Shown here: positions 1 through 11,301 of the stretch, piece by piece
How the letters are laid out: the number at the start of each line of letters is the position of its first letter
Position numbering within the stretch: the stretch's first letter is position 1
Source: an uncultured Chloroflexia bacterium
Lineage (GTDB): Bacteria; Chloroflexota; UBA6077; JACCZL01
DNA: 64,000 nt
NCBI GenBank assembly: GCA_963765765.1
Contig: CAVXYC010000020.1
Coordinates: forward strand, 224,001-288,000
Reading direction: 5' to 3'
Translations under genes and position numbers: made by a program
The notes under the pieces: model-generated
Told to the model about the DNA's origin: nothing
The model's input: the letters and a program-made list of their open reading frames with translations, nothing else
Database searches by the model: none

Positions 1-149
1 TGACCGTCCCAGGCCAGCTTCCTCACGAACGGTACCCGTCTCACTCGCCCGTCATGAGAGCGCTCAGGCCAACCCGCTGCAAGCCGCCCCACCGCTGGAA
101 TACGCCCTGAGCGATTCGCCCCCGCTCGGCGCGCCGCGATAGGGACCTG

Positions 150-1850
150 ATGGGCGCACAGATTCGACTTCGCTGGCTCGGAGTCCTTTTCCTCGGAATC
201 GGGTTGCTCATCGGAGCGCGGCTGGTGCTTTTCCAGGTCCTGGAGCACGAGGGGCTGCGGGCGAAGGCCCACGCCGAGCATCGGCACCAGGTGACTGTTC
301 CAGCCCGGCGTGGGGACATTCTGGACCGCAACGGGCAGCCGCTCGCGATTACGGTCATGTACGGAGCCGTTGAGATTGTGGGCGCCCAGGTCAAGAGCCC
401 GGAACGAGTAGCCGCGGCGCTAGCTCCTTACCTGCAGATGCGCGCGGAGGAGATCCAGCCGCTGATTGACCAGCAAAATCAAGCACCCGTGTTAGTGAAG
501 AACGGATTACCCGCCGCAACGATTACGAGCATCGAGAGCGCTGATATTCCGGGTGTGGTCACCCGCCCGGTGCAGTCCCGTAACTATCCCGAGGGCTCAC
601 TCGCTGCGCGCGTGATCGGGCTGGTGGGAACGGACCATCACGGCCTGGCCGGCATAGAGAATTACTACGACGACGATCTTTCTGGCACACCGGGGCTGCT
701 CGACACGGAGCTCAATACCGTCGGTCAGGAAATCATTCTTGGTCGGAAGATGCGCCTTCCTCCCGAGGACGGCGCCGATATTGTTCTCACGATCGACCGA
801 TACACACAGCGCATGGCCGAGCGTTTACTTCCCGGAGCCGTGCAGACGAACAAATCCACGGGTGGCTCGATCATTGTCATGGAACCGTCCACGGGTGAGG
901 TGCTGGCGAGCGCGACCCTTCCCGCATACGACCTGAACGACGAGAAACGCTTCAGTCCAGAATCAACCGCCCTCTTTAAATCCGCCGAGGTCGCTGATCA
1001 ATACGAACCAGGCTCCGTACTGAAGGTGCTAACAATGGCCGCGGGTCTAGAAGACGGCGTTGTGACTCCACAGACCACGCTGAACGATACGGGCCTGGTC
1101 ACGGTCAATGGCGTTGCCGTCCGAAATTGGAATCTCGCGGGCAACGGCGTGATTAACATGACGGAAGTCCTTGTTCGCTCGTCCAATATCGGAGCGCAAT
1201 TCGTGGCCGGGAAACTGGGGCCGGAGCGCTTTTACAATTACTACACTCGATTCGGACTCGGAGTGCCGAGCGGCGCGGATCTCCCGGGGGAGATTCCAGG
1301 CATGGTTCGCACCAATCAACGCCCCGACTGGAACAAGCTCGATCTGGTGACCAACTCATTTGGTCAAGGCATCGCGGTCACCCCGATTCAGGTCGCTTCG
1401 GCGATGGCGGCCATCGCGAACGACGGCCTGCGCATGCGTCCGCAGTTTGTGAGAGAAGTGCGATCCCCACGTGGCATACAGACCATCGCACCGGAACCGG
1501 TGAGTCAGGTTGTATCACCTCGAATCGCGCAAACGCTGCGAGGCATGATGGTCCACGTCCTGGAGCAGCAAGCGCTCGAGCAGTGGAGAATTCCGGGCTA
1601 CCGCGCGGCCGGCAAAACGGGGACTGCCGACTATGCGACGATTGGTGGATACAAGTCAGGAAAGACCTACGCTTCGGTCGTCGCGCTGGCTCCGGCCGAG
1701 GCGCCCCGTTTTGCAATTTTGATCAGGCTCGACGCTCCCGCGGCAATCTACGGCGGCGTTGTGGCAGTTCCCGTACTGGCAGAGCTTCTCCCGGCCCTGT
1801 ATACCTACTATCGGGTCCCTCCGACAGACGCCATTCCGGGAGGACAATGA
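150..1850 (+). CDS. ftsI: Class B penicillin-binding protein (FtsI/PBP3-type transpeptidase)
   Basis: N-terminal TM helix, RRGDILDRNG, RNYPEG, GIE motifs; transpeptidase motifs SxxK (EPGSVLK), SxN (SSN), KTG; first full gene of the dcw cluster. Confidence 0.93.
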   Translation: MGAQIRLRWLGVLFLGIGLLIGARLVLFQVLEHEGLRAKAHAEHRHQVTVPARRGDILDRNGQPLAITVMYGAVEIVGAQVKSPERVAAALAPYLQMRAEEIQPLIDQQNQAPVLVKNGLPAATITSIESADIPGVVTRPVQSRNYPEGSLAARVIGLVGTDHHGLAGIENYYDDDLSGTPGLLDTELNTVGQEIILGRKMRLPPEDGADIVLTIDRYTQRMAERLLPGAVQTNKSTGGSIIVMEPSTGEVLASATLPAYDLNDEKRFSPESTALFKSAEVADQYEPGSVLKVLTMAAGLEDGVVTPQTTLNDTGLVTVNGVAVRNWNLAGNGVINMTEVLVRSSNIGAQFVAGKLGPERFYNYYTRFGLGVPSGADLPGEIPGMVRTNQRPDWNKLDLVTNSFGQGIAVTPIQVASAMAAIANDGLRMRPQFVREVRSPRGIQTIAPEPVSQVVSPRIAQTLRGMMVHVLEQQALEQWRIPGYRAAGKTGTADYATIGGYKSGKTYASVVALAPAEAPRFAILIRLDAPAAIYGGVVAVPVLAELLPALYTYYRVPPTDAIPGGQ

Positions 1851-3241
1851 TCGATAGGACCGCCCCACGACTCTCCGATGTCGTCGCCGGAGCTCAGGCT
1901 GAGGTTCGTGGTGCCGTCTCGCTCGCCGAGCCGATCACGTCAGTCACTACTGACTCCCGCGCCGTGACAAAGGGGAGTCTTTTCGTTGCATTGTCGGGCG
2001 CCAAGCACGATGGGCACGATTATGTCACCCAGGCTTTTGCAGATGGCGCCGTCGCGGCGCTAATTTCCCACATCCCCGAGGATTGCACCTGGGGCAACGA
2101 TGGCCCGCCGTTCCTTCTCGTGCCTGATACCCTGAAGGCGCTCCAGGATCTGGCGCACTGGTGGCGTCGACAGCATCGCGCTGAGGTCATCGGTGTGACA
2201 GGAAGCGTCGGAAAGACCACCACCAAGGAAGTGACCGCGGCCGTGCTCGGCCGACGTATGCCCGTGCTCTATAGCGAGGGAAATCTCAACACCGAAGTTG
2301 GCTTGCCCCTTACGCTCCTTCGGCTACGCCAGCACCATCGGGCCGTCGTGCTAGAGATGGGTATGTACGCCTTGGGCGATATCCGGCTACTGGCCACCAT
2401 CGCGGAACCGCGAATTGGGGTTGTCACAAACGTCCAGCCCAGCCATCTCCAACGAATGGGCACACTTGAGCGAATTGCCGATGCAAAGTCGGAGCTTCCG
2501 GAAAGCCTTCCGGCGAATGGACTTGCAATCCTGAATTCGGACGATCCCCGAGTTCATGCCATGGCTCACCGCACGGCGGCACAGTCAGTGTTCTATGGGT
2601 TGAGTGCCGACGCCCAAATTCGTGCCACCAATTCCGTCTCTCGAGGATTGCGCGGTGTCCAGTTTCGACTGCACATCGGTGAACGCTCGGCTCAGGTTCA
2701 CCTGCCGCTGCTTGGTCTTCACAGCATTCACGCCGCATTGGCCGCCGCGGCCGTGGCAACCGAGCTCCGCTTTAGCCTCGACGAGACCGCCGAAGCGCTC
2801 TATAAGGTAGAACCGTCACTACGAATACTGGTAGCGCGCGGACTCAATGGCTCGCGCATCATCGATGACACGTACAACGCAAGTCCGGAGTCCGTCCTGG
2901 CTGGCCTCAATCTACTGGCCGACCTCGACGGTCGAAAGATCGCCGTGCTCGGCGATATGTTAGAGCTCGGCTCGCACGAGGAATCTGGACATCGCATGGT
3001 CGGCAGCCGAGCCGCGATCGTTACGAGTCTCCTGGTCACCGTGGGCGATCGCATGGCCTTCGCGGCTGAGGAAGCCCGAGCGAGCGGCATGCGGCCAGAG
3101 CGCGTCATCCAATGCGCAACCAACGCCGAAGCTATCGATGCGCTCCGACGCTTTCTTCGACCAGGCGATAACGTGCTCGTCAAAGGGTCGCGCGGAATGC
3201 AGATGGAAGAGATCGTGCGCGCCGTCAGGCTGGAGGGTTAA
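1847..3241 (+). CDS. murF: UDP-N-acetylmuramoyl-tripeptide--D-Ala-D-Ala ligase
   Basis: TDSR, GHDY, P-loop GVTGSVGKTTTKE, GNLNTEVGLP, DDTYNASPES, LGDMLELG, LVKGSRG; ATG 1847 overlaps the ftsI stop (ATGA) with GGAGG upstream. Confidence 0.95.
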   Translation: MIDRTAPRLSDVVAGAQAEVRGAVSLAEPITSVTTDSRAVTKGSLFVALSGAKHDGHDYVTQAFADGAVAALISHIPEDCTWGNDGPPFLLVPDTLKALQDLAHWWRRQHRAEVIGVTGSVGKTTTKEVTAAVLGRRMPVLYSEGNLNTEVGLPLTLLRLRQHHRAVVLEMGMYALGDIRLLATIAEPRIGVVTNVQPSHLQRMGTLERIADAKSELPESLPANGLAILNSDDPRVHAMAHRTAAQSVFYGLSADAQIRATNSVSRGLRGVQFRLHIGERSAQVHLPLLGLHSIHAALAAAAVATELRFSLDETAEALYKVEPSLRILVARGLNGSRIIDDTYNASPESVLAGLNLLADLDGRKIAVLGDMLELGSHEESGHRMVGSRAAIVTSLLVTVGDRMAFAAEEARASGMRPERVIQCATNAEAIDALRRFLRPGDNVLVKGSRGMQMEEIVRAVRLEG

Positions 3242-4221
3242 TGGCCCTGGCACTGGCACTGGGCGTCTTGACCTGCATCCTCACGCTCATAGCAGGATAT
3301 CCCTTTGTGTACTGGCTCCGTAGACTTGGGGTGGGCAAACAGATACGCAGCGACGGTCCATCGACCCATACAGAAAAAGTGGGAACGCCAACCATGGGCG
3401 GGCTGTTGTTCTGCGTCTCATCGGTCATCGTCACAGGCATCGCCACCGTGACGCAATACCAGTCCTCAGGGCGCTCCATCCTGTTGCCAGTGTGTGTCCT
3501 ATTTGCCTGCGCGGCGCTTGGCGCGGTCGATGACCGATTGACGCTCATTGGCAAGAAGAGCGAGGGCATCACCGCCCGATTCAAGATGGCCTGGCTCATT
3601 ATCATCGCCACCGCCGCGGCTCTTGCCTTATGGCATCCAGCATTGCTGGGATTGGACACGATCTTTATTCCGACCATTCCTGAGCTGATTCATATACCGC
3701 CGTATGTGTATCTGCCGCTCGCCATTCTTGCCATCGTGGGCACTGCAAACTCAGTGAACCTCACCGACGGACTTGACAGTCTAGCGGGATGGACCGCGTT
3801 CGTTGCGTTCGTGGCCTACGGCATCATTGCCCATCTTCAGCGTCAGGATTTCCTGGTGACGTTCTGCTTCATCGTGGCCGGCGGTATCGCGGCGTTCCTC
3901 TGGTTCAACGCTCATCCCGCTCAGATATTCATGGGAGATACAGGGTCTCTGTCATTGGGCGCCACCCTTGCCGTCGTCGCGTTGATGACGGGCCACATTC
4001 TGCTACTCCCTCTTATCGGTTTTGTGTTCGTCGCCGAAGCGGTCTCAGTGATCGCCCAGGTCGTGTATTTCAAGATTACCGGCGGAAAGAGGCTCCTTCG
4101 AATGGCTCCGATTCACCACCACTTTGAGCTCATCGGTTGGTCCGAAACGCACGTCACGCAGCGATTCTGGCTGGTGAGTGTCCTCGCCGCGATGCTCGGA
4201 GTAGCGCTCGCGCTTATCTAG
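3241..4221 (+). CDS. mraY: Phospho-N-acetylmuramoyl-pentapeptide transferase
   Basis: KVGTPTMGG, NSVNLTDGLDSL, IFMGDTGS, MAPIHHHFE; polytopic membrane protein. Confidence 0.97.
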   Translation: MALALALGVLTCILTLIAGYPFVYWLRRLGVGKQIRSDGPSTHTEKVGTPTMGGLLFCVSSVIVTGIATVTQYQSSGRSILLPVCVLFACAALGAVDDRLTLIGKKSEGITARFKMAWLIIIATAAALALWHPALLGLDTIFIPTIPELIHIPPYVYLPLAILAIVGTANSVNLTDGLDSLAGWTAFVAFVAYGIIAHLQRQDFLVTFCFIVAGGIAAFLWFNAHPAQIFMGDTGSLSLGATLAVVALMTGHILLLPLIGFVFVAEAVSVIAQVVYFKITGGKRLLRMAPIHHHFELIGWSETHVTQRFWLVSVLAAMLGVALALI

Positions 4222-4251
4222 ATTCATATTGAGGGATTCCGAGGGTCACGG

Positions 4252-5649
4252 ATGACACAAGGATCAAGAACCTATTCGAAGGCTGGTCTCGATCTGAGCG
4301 GCCAACGCGCTACGATCATTGGGCTGGGTCGCGAGGGGCGGGATCTGGCCCGCTTTCTCACCGGAGCCGGCGCGTCTTTATCAATCACCGATGCTCGTTC
4401 ACAAGAGGCATTGGCCGATCACGTGAGCGCCCTGGAGTCTCTCTCGGCGCGATATGCCTTGGGGGGCCATCCCGATGAGCTACTTGATGGGACTGATGTC
4501 ATCTACGTCAGCCCCGGCGTGCAGCCCGAAATTCCGTTCTTGAAAGAGGCACGACGACGGGGGATTCGCGTCTCCAGTGCCACCGAGCTCTTCTTTCAGC
4601 TCTGCCCGGTGCCAATCGTGGGCATCACAGGCAGCAGCGGAAAGAGCACCACAACGGCGATGACTGGAACGGTGTTAAGGTCGGCCGGACTTGACGCGGT
4701 TGTTGGGGGCAACATCGGCGTGCCAATGCTAGGCATGCTGGAGCGCATATCGGGCGACAGCATCGCGGTGATGGAGCTCAGCTCCTTCCAGCTCGAGTTC
4801 ATGCGCCAGAGCCCGTGGATCGCCACCGTGACCAATGTGACCCCGAACCATCTCGACCGGCATCTGAGCATGGACGCGTACCGCGAAGCCAAAGCGCAGA
4901 TACTGGCGCATCAGTCGGCCGGTGATTGGTCAGTCCTGAATCGGGACGACGAACAGAGCCGGCTGCTTCCGACGCATGGCCAGAAGCTTGAATTCAGTCA
5001 GCGCGAGCGCGTCACCGGCGCGTATCTAGCCGGTGAGCTGCTCATGAGGGACCTTGCGACCGGCGCCGAGCAGGTATGCCAACGAAGCGACGTCCAGCTT
5101 CGCGGAGACCATAATGTGGCGAATGCGTTGACTGTCATTGCGACCTGCTCAGCCGCCGGCGTGAACCCAGAAGCAATCAGGTCGGGAATCAGGGCCTTCA
5201 GGGCCCTCCCCCACCGATTGGAGCCTGTGGGGGAGCTCGGGGGTGCCACCTACTACAACGACTCGATCGCAACGTCACCAGAGCGCAGTATTGCCGCGTT
5301 GCTGTCCTTTAGCGAGCCTATCGTCTTGCTGGCCGGTGGCCGCGACAAGCATCTCCCAATGCGCGATTGGGCAGAGCTCATACGTCAACGCGTACACCAT
5401 TTGATTGTCTTCGGCGAGGCGGCGTCGCTCATCATGCAGGCGGCGCGTGAGGCGGGTGTGAGCCAGGCGGCGATATCCAGCGTGCAGACCCTCGATGACG
5501 CCGTCGCCGCGGCGGCGCAGGTTAGTAAGCCAGGTGTCGCCGTTCTCCTGTCCCCTGGTTGCACTAGCTACGATGCATTTTTCGATTTCGAAGCCCGCGG
5601 CGAGCGCTTTCGTGAACTCGTGAGGCTCATGTCCGAGGGAGGAGCCTGA
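4252..5649 (+). CDS. murD: UDP-N-acetylmuramoyl-L-alanine--D-glutamate ligase
   Basis: SPGV, GITGSSGKSTTT, GGNIG, ELSSFQL, NHLDRH, LPHRLE, YNDS, LLSPGCTSYD. Confidence 0.96.
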   Translation: MTQGSRTYSKAGLDLSGQRATIIGLGREGRDLARFLTGAGASLSITDARSQEALADHVSALESLSARYALGGHPDELLDGTDVIYVSPGVQPEIPFLKEARRRGIRVSSATELFFQLCPVPIVGITGSSGKSTTTAMTGTVLRSAGLDAVVGGNIGVPMLGMLERISGDSIAVMELSSFQLEFMRQSPWIATVTNVTPNHLDRHLSMDAYREAKAQILAHQSAGDWSVLNRDDEQSRLLPTHGQKLEFSQRERVTGAYLAGELLMRDLATGAEQVCQRSDVQLRGDHNVANALTVIATCSAAGVNPEAIRSGIRAFRALPHRLEPVGELGGATYYNDSIATSPERSIAALLSFSEPIVLLAGGRDKHLPMRDWAELIRQRVHHLIVFGEAASLIMQAAREAGVSQAAISSVQTLDDAVAAAAQVSKPGVAVLLSPGCTSYDAFFDFEARGERFRELVRLMSEGGA

Positions 5650-5650
5650 C

Positions 5651-6874
5651 ATGTTTGCACGGACGGAGTCGGCTCCAGAACACCGAGACTGGTGGCTGAT
5701 TGGCAGCGTTGTGGCGCTCTTAGCGATTGGGCTGCAAATGGTGTACTCGTCAAGCGTTGTGGTGGCCCACAACGAGTTCGGGGACGATACGTACTTCGTC
5801 GTCCGTCACGCCGCGTGGCTGGTGGTGGGAGTCATCCTGACCTACATCGCCAGTCGAATCGACTACCACGTGTGGCAGCGGCTGTCCGTGCTACTCATGG
5901 GACTCTGCCTCGTGGCGCTTGTGGTTGTTCTTGTACCGGCGTTCGGCTCCACGGCCTATGGCGCTCAGCGTTGGCTGAAGGTCGGTGCAATTCCGCTCGG
6001 TCAGCCAAGCGAGCTGGCCAAAATCATCCTTGTTCTTTATATGGCAGACTGGCTCTCGAGAAAGGGTGACCAGGTCCGTTACTTCACGTATGGATCACTT
6101 CCGTTCGCCATCATTGTCGGACTCGTGGCGGGTCTTGTCATGCTCCAGCCCGATTTAGGAACGACTCTAGTAGTGATTATTACCGCCGTAACGATCTTTT
6201 TTGTCGCGGGCGCTAATCTTATTCACCTCGCGTTGATGGCAATACCGACCGCCGCTATCGTCGGAGCGCTTGTCGTGAACGTCGGCTGGCGAGCCGATCG
6301 AGTGGCGGCGTTCTTGAGCCCGGAAGACGACCCTCTTGGCAAGGGCTGGCACACTATGCAGACGCTTATTGCCCTTGGATCGGGGGGAATTCAGGGACTG
6401 GGGTTAGGGGAGAGTCGCCAAAAGCACTACTACGTGCCGAACGCGCATACGGATACGATTTTTGCCATTATCGGAGAAGAGCTCGGACTAATCGGAACGC
6501 TTCTCGTCGTCTTACTCTTTGGCATCCTGGCGTGGCGAGGGCTGGTGATCGCCTCGCGGTCATCGGATATGTTCGGAAGGCTTCTTGCCGTGGGTATGAT
6601 CGGCAAGATCATCTGGCAAGCCATGCTGAATATCGCCGTCATCACGAACACCGTTCCCTACACTGGCGTGCCGCTGCCGCTTATCAGTTACGGTGCGTCT
6701 TCATTGGTAGTGACGATGATCTCGATCGGTGTGCTTTACAGCGTGCTGCGTTTTCGTGCCGAGTCACCGCAGCCGGCGTCGTCATTTGATGGCGCGCCAT
6801 CTGGAGCGCCCCCGGGACTCAGCGCCAGTACGCGCATGCGCCAGTACCGAGCACGGTTCAACCATGCCCGATGA
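5651..6874 (+). CDS. ftsW: SEDS-family peptidoglycan polymerase FtsW
   Basis: MVYSSS, GAQRW, QPSELAK, QPDLGT, HTDTIFAIIGEELG, TGVPLPLISYGASS; dcw position. Confidence 0.95.
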   Translation: MFARTESAPEHRDWWLIGSVVALLAIGLQMVYSSSVVVAHNEFGDDTYFVVRHAAWLVVGVILTYIASRIDYHVWQRLSVLLMGLCLVALVVVLVPAFGSTAYGAQRWLKVGAIPLGQPSELAKIILVLYMADWLSRKGDQVRYFTYGSLPFAIIVGLVAGLVMLQPDLGTTLVVIITAVTIFFVAGANLIHLALMAIPTAAIVGALVVNVGWRADRVAAFLSPEDDPLGKGWHTMQTLIALGSGGIQGLGLGESRQKHYYVPNAHTDTIFAIIGEELGLIGTLLVVLLFGILAWRGLVIASRSSDMFGRLLAVGMIGKIIWQAMLNIAVITNTVPYTGVPLPLISYGASSLVVTMISIGVLYSVLRFRAESPQPASSFDGAPSGAPPGLSASTRMRQYRARFNHAR

Positions 6875-8255
6875 CGCAGCCGGGCAGCGCCGTGCTTCGG
6901 GCGGACGCTGTTCACTTCATTGGTATCGCCGGAACGGGTATGCAGGCGCTTGCTGAGGTGCTGTTGGCCCGCGGGATTCGGGTGAGCGGCTCAGATTCGC
7001 GCATGTCACCCGTGTTGGAAAGTCTCTCCGCGGCAGGCGCCCAAACGTTCGTTGGTCATGCATCCAGCCAACTCGGCACCGCCGAGGCAGTTGTGATCTC
7101 CGCCGCCGTACCAGCCGAGAACCCCGAGCTGCGTGACGCCGAGCACCGCAAGCTTCCGATTGCCACGCACGCTCAAGTGCTCGGAGCCCTCTCTCGCACC
7201 ATGGAGACCATCGCCGTCGCCGGAACGCACGGGAAGAGCACGACCACGGCCCTCACAGCTCACATCCTCACGGACTGTGGCCTCGACCCGGTGGTGCTCG
7301 GTGGGGCCTATGCTCCCAACCTTCAGGGTAGCGGCAGGGCGGGAGGAGGAGGAGTGCTTGTTGTAGAAGCCGACGAATTCGCTCGACGGTTTCTGGAGCT
7401 CTCACCTTCAACGGCCATCATCACCAATGTTGAGGCCGATCATCTCGACTATTACGGAAGCTTCGAGGCAATCGAATCAACCTTTGCCGATTTCATCGCC
7501 CGAATACATTCCGACGGCTCGTTGCTTGCATGTATCGACGTGCCAATGATCGCCGCAGTTCGTGAAGATCCACGATTCTTGCCCTATGGCGAGTCACCTG
7601 AGGCGGCCTGGCGGACGTCCAATTATCACGCGGATCGCGACGGGACGCGATTCACAGTCTGTTCACCGGACAATCAGTACGTATCAGTGAATAGCCAGCT
7701 ACGGGGTCGGCACAACGCGCTCAACGCGACTGCCGCGATCGCGGCCGCGTACCTGGCAGGCGTTTCACCCCAGGATGCCGCGCGCGCCGTGTCCCAATTC
7801 GTGGGAACGAGACGCCGTTTCCAGACAATCTACTGCTCTGGGTCGCTCTGGATCGTGGATGACTATGCGCACCATCCAACCGAAATCCGTGCCACACTGC
7901 GGGCCGCGCGTGAAAGTCATCCGGGACGCATCTGGGCGGTTTTTCAGCCTCACACAAGTCATCGAACCCAAGCGCTTTTCGATGACTTCACCAGCGCTTT
8001 CCTGGATGCCGATGAGGTAGTCATACTTCCGATCTACCACCCAGCGGCCGGGAGCCTGAAGAGCTGGCGGTAACAAGTGCCGACCTCGTGCGATCGATGC
8101 ATCACTCCCGCGGTCGAGCTACGGGATCAATGGACGACGCGATTGAACTTCTCGATTCTGAGCTGAAATCGGGCGATATGGTCCTGCTCATGGGGGCGGG
8201 CGACGTCAACGAGCTCGGTCCCCGACTGACGTTCCGCATCGGAGGAGCGCGGTGA
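6871..8255 (+). CDS. murC: UDP-N-acetylmuramate--L-alanine ligase, with one frameshift near 8046 (probably a sequencing indel)
   Basis: [44 protein letters not shown]; the C-terminus GREPEE...[12 protein letters not shown] continues in another frame to TGA 8253-8255, overlapping the murB GTG. Confidence 0.92.
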
Positions 8256-9187
8256 TTGTGGCGCACAGCCCGAGACGGCACGTGAGCCTCGCGGAACACA
8301 CCTCGCTCAAAGTTGGCGGGGCGGCGGACTGGTACAGCGAACCTCGCGATCTTGAAACACTGCGGGCAGATATCGCATTCGCAATGAGCCAAGCGGTCCC
8401 GATCAAGGTCATCGGCGGCGGGTCTAACCTTCTGATTTCTGATGACGGCATAAAGGGCCTGGTCGTACGTCCGCGGATGCAAGAGCTGCTCCTCGAGGCG
8501 GACGGCGACACCGCGGTTGCTCGGGTGGCGGCTGGGGCCAATATCGGCGCTCTCGCCCGATCTCTGGCCAGACAAGGATGGAGCGGATTGGAGTGGGCAG
8601 CCACCGTACCGGGATCGGTGGGCGGGGCAGTGGTCAACAACGCCGGAGCCTTCGGCTCATCGGCGTCCGAGCACATCGTCTCGATCACGCTCCTGGTGGA
8701 TGGCACCGAGACCCGCACGTTGAACGTTGAGGGGCTAGATTACGGCTATCGGACCAGCGTGTTGAAACGAGGTGAGACCGGCACCGGAGTCGTTATCGAT
8801 GCGTCGTTCGCGTTACGCCGGATCGATCCCACGATGGCGTTACGATCGATTCAAGAATTCCAGACCCGGCGAACGGCCACCCAGCCCCGGATACTCAGCG
8901 CCGGCAGCGTGTTTGCTAACCCTAGCGGTGACTACTCAGGTCGTCTGCTCGAGGCAGCGGGCGCAAAAGGGCTTCGCCGCGGCGACGCGGAGGTCTCACA
9001 GCAGCACGCCAATTTCATCGTTAACCACGGAGGAGCATCCGCTTCAGATGTCTTCGAACTGATGGTGGAGGCTCGCCAACTGGTCTGGAGGCAGTTTGGA
9101 GTGCTGCTACAGGCGGAGATCGAACTTGCCGGTCGATGGACCGAACAGCAGCACCAGCGGCTCGACGGTGAGGTGACTTCCGTATGA
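8252..9187 (+). CDS. murB: UDP-N-acetylenolpyruvoylglucosamine reductase
   Basis: [58 protein letters not shown]. Confidence 0.95.
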   Translation: MIVAHSPRRHVSLAEHTSLKVGGAADWYSEPRDLETLRADIAFAMSQAVPIKVIGGGSNLLISDDGIKGLVVRPRMQELLLEADGDTAVARVAAGANIGALARSLARQGWSGLEWAATVPGSVGGAVVNNAGAFGSSASEHIVSITLLVDGTETRTLNVEGLDYGYRTSVLKRGETGTGVVIDASFALRRIDPTMALRSIQEFQTRRTATQPRILSAGSVFANPSGDYSGRLLEAAGAKGLRRGDAEVSQQHANFIVNHGGASASDVFELMVEARQLVWRQFGVLLQAEIELAGRWTEQQHQRLDGEVTSV

Positions 9188-9999
9188 TTGACAGGGACGC
9201 ACGCCCTCGTTCAATGCTTTCACCTGTCTCCATTCCTGATCGGCTAAGGCCTACCCGCTCAAGGGAGTGGACCTCTCCCTCCGTTTCTTCGGAAGAGCGA
9301 AGTCGCGCCGGGTTGATCATGGGGAGAGTCATAGCTGTACTCGGATTGATAGCGACTTCCGGGCTGGTGTATCATGTCGCATTCTCACCGCAGTACCATC
9401 TGCGCGATATTCGAACAATTGGGAATAGCCTCGTTTCAGCGTCAGAAGTAGAGACCGCGGTACTGGAGTCCAATACCGAGGCGTTCTGGCTCCGGACGAA
9501 TAACGTGCGCAAGCGGCTATTGGACATTCCCGCGGTTGCTGACGCCGATGTTCGGGTGGTACTACCGGATCGTGTGGAGGTTCGGCTTCGCGAGCGAGCG
9601 CCTTTTGGGGTGTTGCAAACCGGCGCAACGGCTCAGTTACTGGACATCGATGGCATAGTCATCGGAACCACGGGCCAGGCGCCTCCAATATTGACGATCC
9701 GTAACCTTGATGCATCAACTGAGCTGCCTGCCCGCTTCGATCCGGAAACCTTCGGAGCAATCAAGGGTCTCAGCAATCATCTCGGCGGAACGGCGTTTGA
9801 ACCAACGACCTTCGCCTATTCCCGGAGCTCTGGTCTCGAGTTTGAGACCCGCGAGGGAATGCTCGTTCGCCTGGGAGACAATAAGGACTTGGATTGGAAG
9901 CTGGGCGCGCTGGATAGAATGCGTCAATACCTCGTCGAGAATCGGTTGAGAGCCCAGCTCATTGATGTTCGATTTCGCGACCGTCCCTATTTTCGCTAG
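9184..9999 (+). CDS. ftsQ: Cell division protein FtsQ/DivIB
   Basis: Single TM helix, POTRA-like region (LPDRVEVRLRER), C-terminal IDVRF; lies between murB and ftsA. Confidence 0.85.
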   Translation: MIDRDARPRSMLSPVSIPDRLRPTRSREWTSPSVSSEERSRAGLIMGRVIAVLGLIATSGLVYHVAFSPQYHLRDIRTIGNSLVSASEVETAVLESNTEAFWLRTNNVRKRLLDIPAVADADVRVVLPDRVEVRLRERAPFGVLQTGATAQLLDIDGIVIGTTGQAPPILTIRNLDASTELPARFDPETFGAIKGLSNHLGGTAFEPTTFAYSRSSGLEFETREGMLVRLGDNKDLDWKLGALDRMRQYLVENRLRAQLIDVRFRDRPYFR

Positions 10000-10018
10000 C
10001 TTGGATCCTGCCTGAACC

Positions 10019-11248
10019 ATGGCAAGTGAACGAATCATTGTTGGCATAGATGTAGGGACGACCAAGATCTGTACGTTGATCTCATCGGTCACTGATGACG
10101 ATCAGCTCGAGATCATTGGCGCCGGTGTCACTCCATCGCGTGGTCTCCGCAAGGGCGTTGTGGTAAACGTGGACGAGGCCATGGAAGCGATAGAAGCTTC
10201 TGTGAGCAAAGCCGAGCAGCAATCAGGCTTCAAAATCGTCTCCGCCTACGTGGGAATTTCAGGCGCGCACACCCAATCCGCGAACGGCCAGGGTGTGGTA
10301 GCGGTTCGTCGTAGCGATCACCAGATCAGCGATGAGGATGTGGGACGAGTTCTCGAGGCCGCCCGCACGATTACTCTGGCGCCTGAGCGAGAGATCATCC
10401 ATATCATTCCGCGGCACTACATTGTGGACGGCCAGGAAGGCATCACCAATCCCGTCACCATGGTTGGGCATCGACTTGAAGTCGAAACGACCATAGTCAC
10501 CGGTATGGTGAATGCGATTCATAACCTGACGCGCTGCATCGAGCGGCTCGATATAGGGATTGACGAGCTCGTACTACAGAGTTTGGCTGCGGGTGAAGCC
10601 ATACTGACGCCAGCAGAAAAAGACCTGGGTGTTGCGCTCATTGATCTTGGCGGAGGCACCAGTGACCTTGCCGTGTACCAGGATGGTGCGGTTGCTTACG
10701 CTACGTCGCTGCCAATTGGCGGCAGCCACATAAGCAACGACATCGCAATTGGGCTTCGCACACCATTGGCGGCCGCCGAGGAGATCAAGATTCGGCATGG
10801 GCACGCCGTGATCGACTCAGTAGAGGAAGGCAAGACTATTGACGTTGCAGCCTTCGATACTGGTGAAGGCCGTCCGATCTCGCGTCGACTCCTGAATTCC
10901 ATCATCGCCGACCGTCTAACGGAGACATTCGAGCTCCTTTCTGAGCAGCTCCGTCGTGCCGGCTATTCAGATCCGCTTCCGGCTGGTATTGTACTGGCCG
11001 GGGGAACTGCCCAGATGGCGGGAATTCGAAGAATCGCGGCCGAGGTCTTCCAGAGCCCAATTCGAGTAGGCACTCCATCTGGAATGTTCGGCCTAGTAGA
11101 CTCTGTAGCGACACCGGCTTTCGCGACGAGCGTTGGGCTCTTAAAATGGGGGCTCACGCAGATGGATGAACATGGATATAACGGCTCCAATGGACTCGGC
11201 AACTCATTGGGACGGGTCGTACAATGGCTGAGGGGCTTTTTCCCATAG
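10019..11248 (+). CDS. ftsA: Cell division protein FtsA
   Basis: [45 protein letters not shown]. Confidence 0.96.
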   Translation: MASERIIVGIDVGTTKICTLISSVTDDDQLEIIGAGVTPSRGLRKGVVVNVDEAMEAIEASVSKAEQQSGFKIVSAYVGISGAHTQSANGQGVVAVRRSDHQISDEDVGRVLEAARTITLAPEREIIHIIPRHYIVDGQEGITNPVTMVGHRLEVETTIVTGMVNAIHNLTRCIERLDIGIDELVLQSLAAGEAILTPAEKDLGVALIDLGGGTSDLAVYQDGAVAYATSLPIGGSHISNDIAIGLRTPLAAAEEIKIRHGHAVIDSVEEGKTIDVAAFDTGEGRPISRRLLNSIIADRLTETFELLSEQLRRAGYSDPLPAGIVLAGGTAQMAGIRRIAAEVFQSPIRVGTPSGMFGLVDSVATPAFATSVGLLKWGLTQMDEHGYNGSNGLGNSLGRVVQWLRGFFP

Positions 11249-11301
11249 AACATCACGACGTGGATTCAGGTTTGAGCTTCGAACACCTCCTGGAGGCCAG
11301 A

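Noticed and set aside
1-142. Possible 3' end of ftsL upstream of ftsI
   Set aside because: Position fits, but two frames are open and neither shows a recognisable motif
1583-1846. 88-aa N-terminal extension of MurF in the ORF track
   Set aside because: Overlaps ftsI; ATG 1847 has an SD and an ATGA overlap
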